From positions 727,162 through 791,161 of the forward strand of contig JAHDYR010000064.1 of the NCBI GenBank assembly GCA_019828565.1: DNA of 64,000 nucleotides, given 5' to 3'. Made by a program: the position numbers and the translations under genes. This document shows, piece after piece, positions 54,693 through 64,000 of the stretch. How positions within the stretch are numbered: the stretch's first letter is position 1; each line of letters starts with the position of its first letter. Below the pieces are notes generated by a model. That model worked only from the letters and a program-made list of their open reading frames with translations. It was not told where the DNA came from and did no database searches. This DNA is from Carpediemonas membranifera BICM (lineage: Eukaryota > Protista > Fornicata).

Positions 54693-55337
54693 GTGTTTAT
54701 ACTGCGCAACACTGCCCTGTCTCCCTCCTACTCACGTCTTAAGTCGGTAGGGAGATCGTCTTCTCCAGGGCTTCCACAAAGCGTCTTCTTCGTGGACGTC
54801 AGCACAGCTGCAAACATCACAATCGCTCACACGTCGTCTCATCACCATCCCATCGCCACCCCCATTCGCCTGAAAGTCTTCTACGGGGGCTCGGGATTCA
54901 CCAAGCCTGCTGGTATGTTCATTCCTTGCGCGCCATATCGAAAGTTCGCGAGAGAGATAGTTCCCCTTCTCAAGAGGTATAACATTGTCGTCGATCTTAA
55001 CATGGTTAACGAGGATCGCACCACCGTCGTCTGCCCTCACTGCCACGCCCCCTACAAGCGAGTTCGTCCGCGTGATGACCAGCACGTTCACCCACATCGT
55101 GTGATGCTCTGCGAAAATCCACAGTGCCGTGGTGCTCAGTGGCGCGCAACAGTTCCTGATGCTCTGAATGTTGATCATCGGGACAAGAGTGCTGCAGAGA
55201 ACATCCTGTGGCGTTCTCTTGCCACGGAAGATGAGCTCAGTGGCTCTCCGTTCAGTCGCACATTGATCCCACGTCTTCAAACATCATTCCAGTATCATCA
55301 ATTGGCTAACCGCCAACATTCGTCTATGGACGGATGA
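54693..55337 (+). pseudogene. N-terminally truncated Fanzor/TnpB nuclease (RuvC-II, zinc finger, RuvC-III)
   Basis: VNEDRTTVVCPHC...CENPQC...HRDKSAAENI; no RuvC-I Asp upstream. Confidence 0.8.
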
Positions 55338-55416
55338 TGTTGTGCAGTTTGGCACTTTGATCGTTCCTTTCAGGCCCTGTCTGGAGGTTCGAACAATGTG
55401 TTTATACTGCGCAACA
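55338..55416 (+). ncRNA. Candidate Fanzor omega-RNA 3' scaffold / element right end
   Basis: Long irregular hairpin right after the stop codon: TGTTGTGCAGT (55338-55348) pairs with ACTGCGCAACA (55406-55416). Confidence 0.45.
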
Positions 55417-55491
55417 CACCGCCGCGCGTGGACCGAACATCGCCTGGGCTGATTTACTTGCATATACGTGCACATAATACACATAACATAC

Positions 55492-56066
55492 TCACGCCAC
55501 CCGTTTCCCCTTCTTCTTGCCCCCCTTCTTCTTCTCCGCCTTCCTCGCCTTTCCACTCGCCTGAACACACTTTTCTACAGTCGCCCTGTATGATATGTAC
55601 CCTGTGCTCTTCATCCACGGCGCTTGGACGGTGTGGGGCACTCCATCCATGGCGGCTGAGAGGGATGGTGTTTCTTCAAGCTTCACAGCAATAGCAGAGG
55701 CGGTACGGAGGCCCATGGCAGCTGCTAGGAGTCCGGGCTTATCGTGTGAGTGCACGGGGACCAGGGGCGTGTCCGTGGAGGCACAGGAGAGGGCCACGGG
55801 CTCGACGATGGATGCGTGGGCAGCACGGTCAACGATGACGGTATATCCGGGAGTATGTGAGTGAATAATACGCAACACTGCGTTGCAGCCCACAGTAACC
55901 GCTCTACGTTCGTCGACAGTGAGTCTGTGTGAGAAAAGAGGTCTTTGGTGGATTCAAACTTTGATAACGCCTCAAGAAGAGCTGTTTGCTGCTCAGGAAG
56001 AGGTTTTGGCCATGTAATTGCAAGCGGGGTGCCAATTACAGCTTTGAGTACGGTTTTCGCCGACAT
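55492..56066 (-). CDS. L7Ae-family protein, Rpp38/Pop3-like (intron 55925-55959)
   Basis: Splicing joins VLKAVIGTPLAITWP to VTVGCNAVLR...LAAAMGLRTASAIAV. Confidence 0.6.
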
Positions 56067-56221
56067 CTCGCAGTACTGAGCATAAACTGCGGAGCTTAAT
56101 GGGGCCGGCTGCATGCCCAGTAATCAGGGCAACCATCTCTACAGTCGCAGGATTCCAGGTCAGCCGGCGAGGCAGTTTTGCCCAGAAAACGAGCTCGCGA
56201 CACGAATTCCCAACTTCGTCC

Positions 56222-56974
56222 ATGTCTCGGCGTGATACTGGCCTGAATGAGTATGTAGATGATATTCATGCGTACTATCAAGCCAAACTGGACGAGAAGG
56301 ACTCTGAGCTCCGGAAATTGAGGCCTGAGCGTGTAGGGCTGATTGCTGAGCTCCACTCTGCGCAACAAGAGATAAGAGAGCTCAAGAAAGAACAAATGAA
56401 GCACACATACGGTACAATGGAGAAAGAATCAGCTTCCTACCACGCTCTCCGTCGCGAACTCCTGGATGAGCAGACCGCGAACGCCAGGCTAAGGGGCGAA
56501 ATGGCTACCATCCGCAAGACCGAAGGGATTGCCAGAGATGATGCCTCTCGCGCCATCAGCCGTGCGCAGGCTTTACAGGTCGAGCTCGACGGGGCCGAGT
56601 CGAAACTGAAGCTCATGAGCGACGCCCTGTTGAAACGGGAGGCCACACTCCAAGGGGAGATCCACGGGCTACGGTCGTCCTCGGCGATCCACGCCCTCTC
56701 ACTGCCTGACACCGACGCCGAGCTGCGGCAGGCCCTGATCGAGGAGAAGCACCGCACCGCCGAGCTCACACGGATGCTGGCTGTAGTGAAAGTAGACGAG
56801 CATGCCAAGAGTTTAGAGTCTGCACTGGCACGGGAGAGTGAGCTCTGTGCCCGGGTTCAGGAGCTCGAGTCAGCGCTGGACTCCGAAGTGCAGTGCCGAA
56901 CGAGAATGGAGCGGGCACTTGAGGCCGCGGAGAGCAAGATGAAGCAGCTGCAGGAGTGGGCGCAGATGCTGTGA
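56222..56974 (+). CDS. Coiled-coil protein
   Basis: Continuous heptad pattern. Confidence 0.7.
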   Translation: MSRRDTGLNEYVDDIHAYYQAKLDEKDSELRKLRPERVGLIAELHSAQQEIRELKKEQMKHTYGTMEKESASYHALRRELLDEQTANARLRGEMATIRKTEGIARDDASRAISRAQALQVELDGAESKLKLMSDALLKREATLQGEIHGLRSSSAIHALSLPDTDAELRQALIEEKHRTAELTRMLAVVKVDEHAKSLESALARESELCARVQELESALDSEVQCRTRMERALEAAESKMKQLQEWAQML

Positions 56975-57282
56975 GAGGGGTATCGCTGGGCTTGGGAGTG
57001 GATGCTTCTTGTGACATGATATCGTTGTTACATGTCGTCTTGTATTCCCCATCAACAAAGTGTTCCAAGCTATTATCGTCATGGATCACCGCGTCGCTCT
57101 TGACTGGCGCCCCGAGTTAACCTCAAGTGTACGATCTGGAGAATGAGGTGGTGATGAAGGCAATGTCGATACGTTTTGGTAAACCCATTAAATACGTAAA
57201 TGTATGAATGTAACTGACTACAATGTGATGTAATATGCCCTGTTCGACTCAACCCAAGCTAGCCAACCCATCAATCCATCAT

Positions 57283-58527
57283 TTATTCGTCGAAGAAGCC
57301 CGTGAGGTATATGTCCTTCAGCGTCTCGTTCGTGACTGCCACTGGAGCGAGGGCGAGCAGGTCCGTCATACCAGGGCATGCGAAGGTTGAGTCAACCAAT
57401 TTCTCGATGCCGTCCTTGGCGAAGCCGGCGGTGGCCATGGTGTCCTTGATGCCGACCGACTCGTGGAACTTACGGAGGGCCTTCGAGACCTTGTGGGCCT
57501 CCTTTGCCTTGCCGTGGAACTTGCCGATTATGGGCTTAAGGACGTAGCTGAGGGTCTTGGCCGAAAGTTCGTCGGACCAGATATGGGCAACGACGCCGGG
57601 CTGGAGGAGGGCGAGGCCGAGACCATGGGTGAAATCAGTCACATAGGCGGAGAGGGTGTGCTCAAGGGCGTGGGTGATGTGGAGCATGGACTCGTTGAAG
57701 CTCATACCGGCGATGCTGGAGGCGTACATGAGCCAATACCGCGCCCGAAGGTCGGTTGGGTCCTTGAGGGCGACGGGGAGGTAGTGTGCGACGATGCTGC
57801 ACACAGCACGGGCCAAGTGGACTGAGAAGGGCGTGGCGATGGTGGTGGTGGACGCCTCAGTGACGTGGTTAACAGCGTCGAGAGCAGTACATGCGGTGAT
57901 GCGGTCCGGGGTGGACAGAAGCATACTGGGGTCGTCAAAGCTGATGTCTGGGTAGATGACCGGGGTGCCGATGACGGGCTTGAGAGGGGGCTCTGAGTGC
58001 AGGATGCTGGCCACGGCGAACTTGTCGACCTCACTACCGGTGCCGGCGGTGATGTTGACTGCCATAAGCGGGGCGCGGCGTTCAGCCTCGAACTCCTTGC
58101 GGTAGAGCTGCTCTGCGTTCTTCTCGCCGTGCTCGAGGAGGACGGCGACAGACTTGGCGGTGTCGATGGGGGAGCCACCGCCGATGGCGACGATGCAGAA
58201 CTGGTGATTGTAGCGCTCGCGGAACATGTCGCGGCACTCGTCGATGATCTCTGTCGTAGGGTTGGTCATAACCTTGTCGAACATGAGATAGTCGACATTC
58301 CGTTCCTTCAGGATCGGCTCGATGATGGCCCATGCACCACAGTCCTTGTAAACAGGATCATAGGTGACGAAACCACACGCGTTGATGCCCAGCGTCTCGA
58401 GAGCTTCGCCGAATGATGCAAGAGCGCCGACGCCGAAGTACGTGGTCTCCTTCCTGGTTCCATAGGTCAGTTTGACTGTCTTGTTGATGTCTACAGCCTC
58501 GTAGTAGGCAAGTTCAGCCGATTCCAT
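57283..58527 (-). CDS. Iron-containing alcohol dehydrogenase, prokaryotic type
   Basis: AIGGGSPIDTAK, TAGTGSE, DAVNHVTE, HITHALEH, HGLG. Confidence 0.93.
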   Translation of the reverse strand: MESAELAYYEAVDINKTVKLTYGTRKETTYFGVGALASFGEALETLGINACGFVTYDPVYKDCGAWAIIEPILKERNVDYLMFDKVMTNPTTEIIDECRDMFRERYNHQFCIVAIGGGSPIDTAKSVAVLLEHGEKNAEQLYRKEFEAERRAPLMAVNITAGTGSEVDKFAVASILHSEPPLKPVIGTPVIYPDISFDDPSMLLSTPDRITACTALDAVNHVTEASTTTIATPFSVHLARAVCSIVAHYLPVALKDPTDLRARYWLMYASSIAGMSFNESMLHITHALEHTLSAYVTDFTHGLGLALLQPGVVAHIWSDELSAKTLSYVLKPIIGKFHGKAKEAHKVSKALRKFHESVGIKDTMATAGFAKDGIEKLVDSTFACPGMTDLLALAPVAVTNETLKDIYLTGFFDE

Positions 58528-58765
58528 TGGGGTTGTTCTTGTTGCCCATCATGACACGGTCTACAGCAAGTGACTCATCGACTCGACTCGTCTACAGTCA
58601 GGCAGTCAGGATGAGGGCCTGTTCATGTGCTACTGCAACTTATGTACCTCTTCCGCTGGCTCGCCCCGCCCAGTCCCTGTATCCGGCAAGCACGGCATTG
58701 ATAGCTGTAGACATGATAAAGCCTGTCACCCTTCTCTGGGATCCTCCAAGGGTCACAGTCACATT

Positions 58766-59948
58766 TTACTGGTAGAACCTGAACGTGTCTACGATGTCTT
58801 CCTTCTTCATCACCTCCTTGTACGCGTCCTCGAAGTCCCCGGCCGCAATCCTGTGGCGTCTGCCCCGAACAGCGCGCATACCCGCCTCCAGACAGATCGC
58901 CTGGATGTCAGCGCCACTCACCTTGTCGGGCCGAGTCACGAACGACTCCAGGTCGACGTCAGGTTCGAGGGTCATCTTACTGGTGCATACCTGGAAGATG
59001 AGACGCTTTTGTCTGCGATCCGGTAGTGGACATTCGATGCGTCTGTCGAGTCTGCCGGGCCGGGTGAGGGCGGGGTCGAGGATGTCGGGCCTGTTGGTCG
59101 CCATAATCACCTTAACGTTCGTTGTCTGATCAAAGCCATCCATTTGATTGAGCAGCTCGAGGAGGATACGCTGGACTTCGCGGTCACCACCAGTGTTTGC
59201 GTCGAATCTCTTTGTGGCGATCGAATCGATCTCATCAATGAAGACAATGGACGGGGAGGACTCACGAGCAAGACGGAATACATCGCGGACCATCCGAGGG
59301 CCGTCGCCAAGGTACTTCTGGACGAAATCAGACCCGTTAACTCTGATGAAAGCGGCGTTCGTGTGGTGAGCGACGGCCTTTGCAAGCATGGTTTTCTGTG
59401 TGAGAATAGTAATGGGAACGAACGCCAGTACCGGGGGGGCCGTGGAGGAGCACGCCGCGTGGCGGGTCCACGCCGATCTGTGCATACATGCCTGTTTCGA
59501 TGAGGGGCAGCTCGACTGCCTCTCTGATCTCCTGCTTCTGTCCATCCATGCCACCAATGTCCATGTACGAGACGTCGGGCTTCTCGTCAGCACGAAGGAC
59601 AGTGACACCGGAGCCAACATCGGGGGGAAGAGTGCCAACGAGAGCGTATGAGTGGCGGTGAAGGGAGACGGAGCAGCTGGGCTTGAGGAGCTCGCGGTCC
59701 ACGGTGGAGAGGACGCGGACGAGGTGGGTGCTGCTCTGACCAGTGCCAACGATGGCATAGTTCTCATCAACCATCTCAAAGAATTGTCCAACCATAAGAG
59801 GCAGAGATTTGATGCGTTTGACTTCTTCTTGCGCCTTCTTGAGCTCCCGCTGGAGGTTCATAAGCTCGTCCTTCAGGAAACGCTCTTGTGACGAGGAGAA
59901 TTCAATGTCGTTTTCTAACCGTCGCTTTGTTTCGTAGTTTGTTACCAT
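58766..59948 (-). CDS. PSMC4: 26S proteasome AAA-ATPase Rpt3 (intron 59396-59423)
   Basis: [20 protein letters not shown], spliced GPPGTG|[33 protein letters not shown]. Confidence 0.93.
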
Positions 59949-60239
59949 CACGACGGCAACTTGGTTTGACACGACCGATCAATCGAGCAAAATGATTACC
60001 CGTCACTGGCACGCAGCTATGGCTGTATGCATGTGCATCAGCAACCCAAGTAGGGCGCACCTCTCATCCTTTTGGGTCGACCAGCAGTTTCTCGAAATTC
60101 GTGCAATCCCGCAGCAGTGATAGTAGAACGGTAGAGACCACAAAGACAGGCTCGTTATTGCCAGAACGCTAACATGCTCGCACATTTGAGCCAGAGTCGC
60201 AAAAAGTGCATCCGGTAAGAATTCCCAAACGGGCGAAAG

Positions 60240-61223
60240 ATGGAGGGGCAAACCCGGAAAGCGTTCGAATCAGCGCCATGGGGTGCTAGATCGATCAGCC
60301 CAAAACGCGCGAAGCTCACACAGGAGCTCCTGAAGCGAACAATCGGAACCGACATTCTTTCAACGCGCCCAGGCCCCGGCGGCCGCCGTATGGCATACCT
60401 CGAAGGTGCCAAAGTCATTGAGCTTGCGAACGAATCGTTTGGGTACAGCAGCTGGTCTCATTCTATTGTGAACATTACCATGGACTACCTGGACGACCAC
60501 GGGGGCCGCTTCTCCTGTGGATTCAGCGCAATCGTCCGTGTAGAGCTAGAAAACGGGTCATACCACGAGGGCCTTGGGTTTGGATGTTCTGATAACTTGC
60601 CGACGAAGGGCAGCGCCATCGAGAAAGCCAAGAAGAGCGCCGTCACCGACGCCCTTAAGCGGTCTCTACGAGTGTTCGGGAACGGTCTAGGCAACGCCAT
60701 CTCCACCAAGACGAACCACACAACCACCAAACAAGAGCTCAGCAGCCGCATTTACGTTGATGACACTGAGGACATATATCTCAAACCCGACCCTGGTTCA
60801 AAGCCTATGGACCCGCGTCTAGACCAAGGCATGCCGCCCCAGGGCATGGGTCAGGGTATGGGTCAGGGTATGGCTCGGGGCCCGCCACACCAGGGGGTGC
60901 AAGGCATACACATGGGAAACGGTGGGAATGCCGGTAATGGAGGGAACAACAATGGGATGAATGGAGGCCACCCGAAGAACGGCATGAATGGACCCAATCC
61001 AGGACAGGGCCAGGGCCACCAGGGCGGGGGCATGAATGGCATGGGCCAGGGCCAGGCCATGCCGGGCATGATGATGCAGGGTCCCGGGCCTCAAGGCCAG
61101 CAGGGCCCACTACACCCGGGGCAGGGGCCTCAGGGCTCGTGGGGGCCGCCCCAGAACATGGGGCAGAGACCGATGAGCGGGAGTCCTCGGGTTCCGCTCA
61201 CGGGGCGGGGAAACGGGCGGTGA
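60240..61223 (+). CDS. RAD52: Rad52/22-family ssDNA annealing protein
   Basis: RPGPGG...YLEG...LANESFGYSSWSHSI, GSYHEGLGFG, KAKKSAVTDALKRSLRVFGNGLGN. Confidence 0.95.
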   Translation: MEGQTRKAFESAPWGARSISPKRAKLTQELLKRTIGTDILSTRPGPGGRRMAYLEGAKVIELANESFGYSSWSHSIVNITMDYLDDHGGRFSCGFSAIVRVELENGSYHEGLGFGCSDNLPTKGSAIEKAKKSAVTDALKRSLRVFGNGLGNAISTKTNHTTTKQELSSRIYVDDTEDIYLKPDPGSKPMDPRLDQGMPPQGMGQGMGQGMARGPPHQGVQGIHMGNGGNAGNGGNNNGMNGGHPKNGMNGPNPGQGQGHQGGGMNGMGQGQAMPGMMMQGPGPQGQQGPLHPGQGPQGSWGPPQNMGQRPMSGSPRVPLTGRGNGR

Positions 61224-62336
61224 GAGACAGTGGGTGGATGGTGTGCAGCAGAAATATGGGATAAATTCGCTGAGTTGTCCTTTTGAGTCATCTGAGTCGA
61301 CTATGTGCGACGATCATGGCCTCGACCGTGATTTCCTTGATAGTCTAGCGGAACTCATCCCTGGTCGGATTGGGTCTGGCAGGTTCCGACTTGGGCTGAA
61401 ATCAATCGACCACCTAACTCATACTCCCAATGGGGGGCGACGATTTATTCTCCTTTCATTCTCGGGCTCCTCGGGCATTTCGAAAATTCTGATCCATTAA
61501 CTGCTCTACTCTAAGTGCGCGGTCCCGCGCGTGTCAGCACCCTAGGTGCTATGTGCTCGAGTGGTACGCGCACTACCACACACGACGGGTGAACTCTGGC
61601 GGCGCGAGCCGCCAAAAATTGCCAACGTGATAGCATCATAGTCAGTAAATATCCTTCCCCCCCATTGGTTTTCAGCGGATCAGTTAGTGCGGATGTGTTT
61701 GGGGCTACATCAGCTCACCTGTCACCTCGGGTGACGCCACCCGCAAGAGACGATTGGACGTTGCACGGGTGCAGTTTATGAAGTCAGAATGGTTGAAGAA
61801 TCGGCAACGCTGACGGTCTTCCAACTGACCGCATCGGCCAAGGCTGATGTTCAGCTCATCCGGTAAGATGAGCAAGTTCGACTTACATTGGTTGCCGGAG
61901 CGCAGGTAAGTCCCTGAATATTTACTTAGGAGACCGGGGTTTCTAAAGTAAATCTTCTTCCCCCCGTTGGATATCTAGCGTAGTATGTGAGAAAGGCGGG
62001 GACCACATTGGCCTTCCAGTGCCACCTAGGCGTGGCGAGTTGATTGGATTTGATATGGTCAGGGTGATTCGGAATTTAGATCTCAGACAAATCAGGACTA
62101 TTGCAGAGTAGAGAGAATGAGTGATCCGCAGGCAGATGCAGCCATTAACTTACATGGAACCGAAGTTGAAAGCGCCGGAAGAACCCGGTTCAGCCCCTCA
62201 GGCTGTTAAGATGAACCGAAATAAACTTCTTACCCCCCCCCCCCCTTTGGATTAGGAACACATGAAATATGGCTTGCCAGTCAAGCAGACATCGCCATAA
62301 ACTGCATTGCCGAAATTAGGGTCTCTGAATATAATA

Positions 62337-62409
62337 CACCGTCAAAGGGACTCGAACCCTTGACCATCTGATTAAAAGTCAGACGCTCTACCAACTGAGC
62401 TATGACGGT
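62337..62409 (-). tRNA. tRNA-Lys(UUU)
   Basis: ACCGTCA/TGACGGT acceptor stem, AGCTCAGTTGGTAGAGC D arm, CTTTTAA anticodon loop, GGTTCGAGTCC T arm; 73 nt. Confidence 0.96.
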
Positions 62410-62503
62410 TTCGCGAAGTGTATTTTGTTTAATCGTCAATAGTGCTGTCTAGTTCATAAAGCTCCGAAACGCCCCAAGTCCTACGCCTCTGGCCACGGAC
62501 CTC

Positions 62504-62794
62504 TTAAGAAGCCCTGTCCCTGGGAGAACTCGATGTTCTGGGTCTCGAGGATGGTGTAGTAGCCCTGAGCACGCTCTCGCTGCCGCCCATGATCAGGAAA
62601 TGCAGCGATTGACCGACAACGGCACCATCAGCACCGTAAAACTGCACCAATGAGGGGATGCCCCGATGGCCGGCCCGCTCCTTGAGGGGGGCCAGGGCGC
62701 ATGTGGAGTCGTCGAACACCCACTGCCGCAACGCGTTGTCCGCGTGGCAGGTGAGAAGGATGCTCTCGCCCTTGATCCATTTACTGTACTCTGA
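62504..62794 (-). pseudogene. Internal fragment resembling WDR36/Utp21
   Basis: GESILLTCHADNALRQWVFD...LKERAGHRGIPSLVQFYG; bounded by stops, no start codon. Confidence 0.5.
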
Positions 62795-62820
62795 CTAAAC
62801 ATAGTAAACATCGTCGAGCC

Positions 62821-64000
62821 TCACCCCCGGGCCAGACCAACAAGAAGGTCAAACGCCTCGTGCCACCGCTCGATCGCCTTGTCCGGCTTGAGCTCGAGCT
62901 CACCGTCCTCGTGCTGCACGATCAGCCCCTTGACCTTGGACCCGGACGTCTTGACCGACACCCCGCTGATCTTGGCCGTATCCAGGGTCTCCAGTTTTCC
63001 TCTGGACTTCTCACGACCCTCGCACCAGCAGACCTGCGACCCGTCGTCCGACAGCCACAGGTAGCGCCTCGTCTTCTTCTTGCCCACCTGGGACATGCCT
63101 CCTGCCTTAGCGAAGGCCAGCAACTCCATGTACTCCTCGAGCTTCGGGTTCTGCGGCCTGTGGACCTCGAGGAATGACAGCGGGGCCAGACCCACGTCGC
63201 CGATGTTGCTCTGGACCACAGCCCAGCCGCTCGTCCCGCCCTCGTCGAGCACGACAACCTCCTGGCCGGCGAACAAGGCCAGCTGAGACGGCCCTGTTGG
63301 CTGGAACGAATGGCGCACAGTCGCTACGAGTGGCTGCTCCTCGGGGGGAATATCTGGATACAGTGAATCTTGGTTGAGATCATCAACACTAAATCTCGAT
63401 TCCAAGATATGGTTCAATATTGTAAGGGGCGGGAGGAGGAGGTTGTCATTGAGCAGCAGCGCTTGCTCCTCCGGGCAGTCCACATATGAGGCGGGCACAA
63501 GGCCGATGACCTCCCCGCTGAGAGGTGCGTCGTCCTCCACAAGGTCCATTCTTATGCAGAGGGCCCAGCCCTCGTTGGACATGGCGAGGACGTGGAGCCG
63601 CTCCTGGGCGTCTACTGAGATCTCACTGCCGCACCTCGAGGTGAAGGCGAACTTGGCCACGCCTGGGGCGCCCACAGGCGGTGGCAAGTGCTCTCTCCTG
63701 GCGTCCCTAGTCTCGTCATAGCCCAGACCTTGGGCGGTGGGCTGGAGAGACATCCGGAGGAAGGCCAGGGTCGTCTTGTCCACAGGCTGGGCGGCCTTAG
63801 CGGCGGGCAGGGGCGGGGGTGCTGGTGGACGGGCCTGAGCGGAGGAGGCTGGCACCGCAGGCACCGGCGGGGGTGGGGTGCGCGGCCTCACAGGGGTGGT
63901 GGGGCCGTCGCCCTTGACGACGCGCATGATCCGCTCGAGTTGAGCGTTCCTATCAGCGAGGTGGGAGAGCTCCTGCTTCAGGGTGGTAATGGCTGAAATA
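62821..64000 (-). CDS. Protein with two SH3-like domains and a C-terminal PH domain; 5' end outside window
   Basis: GW...GLVPASYV; GW...GLAPLSFL; KTRRYLWLS...ERWHEAF; frame stays open to the window edge. Confidence 0.8.
   Translation of the reverse strand, partial: ISAITTLKQELSHLADRNAQLERIMRVVKGDGPTTPVRPRTPPPPVPAVPASSAQARPPAPPPLPAAKAAQPVDKTTLAFLRMSLQPTAQGLGYDETRDARREHLPPPVGAPGVAKFAFTSRCGSEISVDAQERLHVLAMSNEGWALCIRMDLVEDDAPLSGEVIGLVPASYVDCPEEQALLLNDNLLLPPLTILNHILESRFSVDDLNQDSLYPDIPPEEQPLVATVRHSFQPTGPSQLALFAGQEVVVLDEGGTSGWAVVQSNIGDVGLAPLSFLEVHRPQNPKLEEYMELLAFAKAGGMSQVGKKKTRRYLWLSDDGSQVCWCEGREKSRGKLETLDTAKISGVSVKTSGSKVKGLIVQHEDGELELKPDKAIERWHEAFDLLVGLARG

Larger units (their letters stand above)
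54687..55417 (+). repeat. 26-bp direct repeat AACAATGTGTTTATACTGCGCAACAC flanking the Fanzor fragment
   Basis: Exact copies at 54687-54712 and 55392-55417. Confidence 0.9.

Noticed and set aside
55866-55881. Third partial copy of the Fanzor-flanking repeat (acgcaacactgc)
   Set aside because: Short match inside the Rpp38-like coding exon; compatible with chance.
61903-61911. Minus-strand ACTTACCTG as the U1 snRNA 5' end
   Set aside because: No U1-70K loop or correctly spaced Sm site is visible. It is equally explained as a plus-strand CAG/GTAAGT donor.

Overview
Eukaryotic DNA, gene-dense, with 28-35 nt GT-AG introns and anaerobic-protist enzymes. This is consistent with a free-living metamonad such as Carpediemonas, but that is an inference and not demonstrated. 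Bases 1-~28.6 kb are one nested transposon pile that can be reconstructed from target-site duplications (TSDs). A DIRS-like RT element received two copies of Ty3/gypsy chromovirus family A. Copy A1 (2412-27077) received families B (3314-18509) and C (20607-25131), and copy A2 received a LINE. Family B's gag received a 10.7-kb TIR DNA transposon (4502-15170). That transposon encodes a CMC-like (CACTA/Mirage/Chapaev) DDE transposase plus a chromatin-modifying cargo: GNAT acetyltransferase, HTH protein, OTU deubiquitinase, SET methyltransferase, caspase-fold peptidase and tandem PHD protein. All three gypsy families have tiny LTRs (53, 53 and 76 bp) and a palindrome where a tRNA primer-binding site (PBS) should be. 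Bases ~30-64 kb are host genes: ferredoxin, proteasome alpha7 and Rpt3, EDC4-like, a bacterial-type CoA-dehydratase activase fusion, IscS, TAF1C-like, ARID, RRM, FAM21, SH3 proteins, Rpp38-like, Fe-ADH, Rad52 and tRNA-Lys. This half also holds a truncated Fanzor/TnpB with a candidate omega-RNA hairpin and a hairpin-rich non-coding block. All protein calls come from motif recognition by eye; no searches were run.
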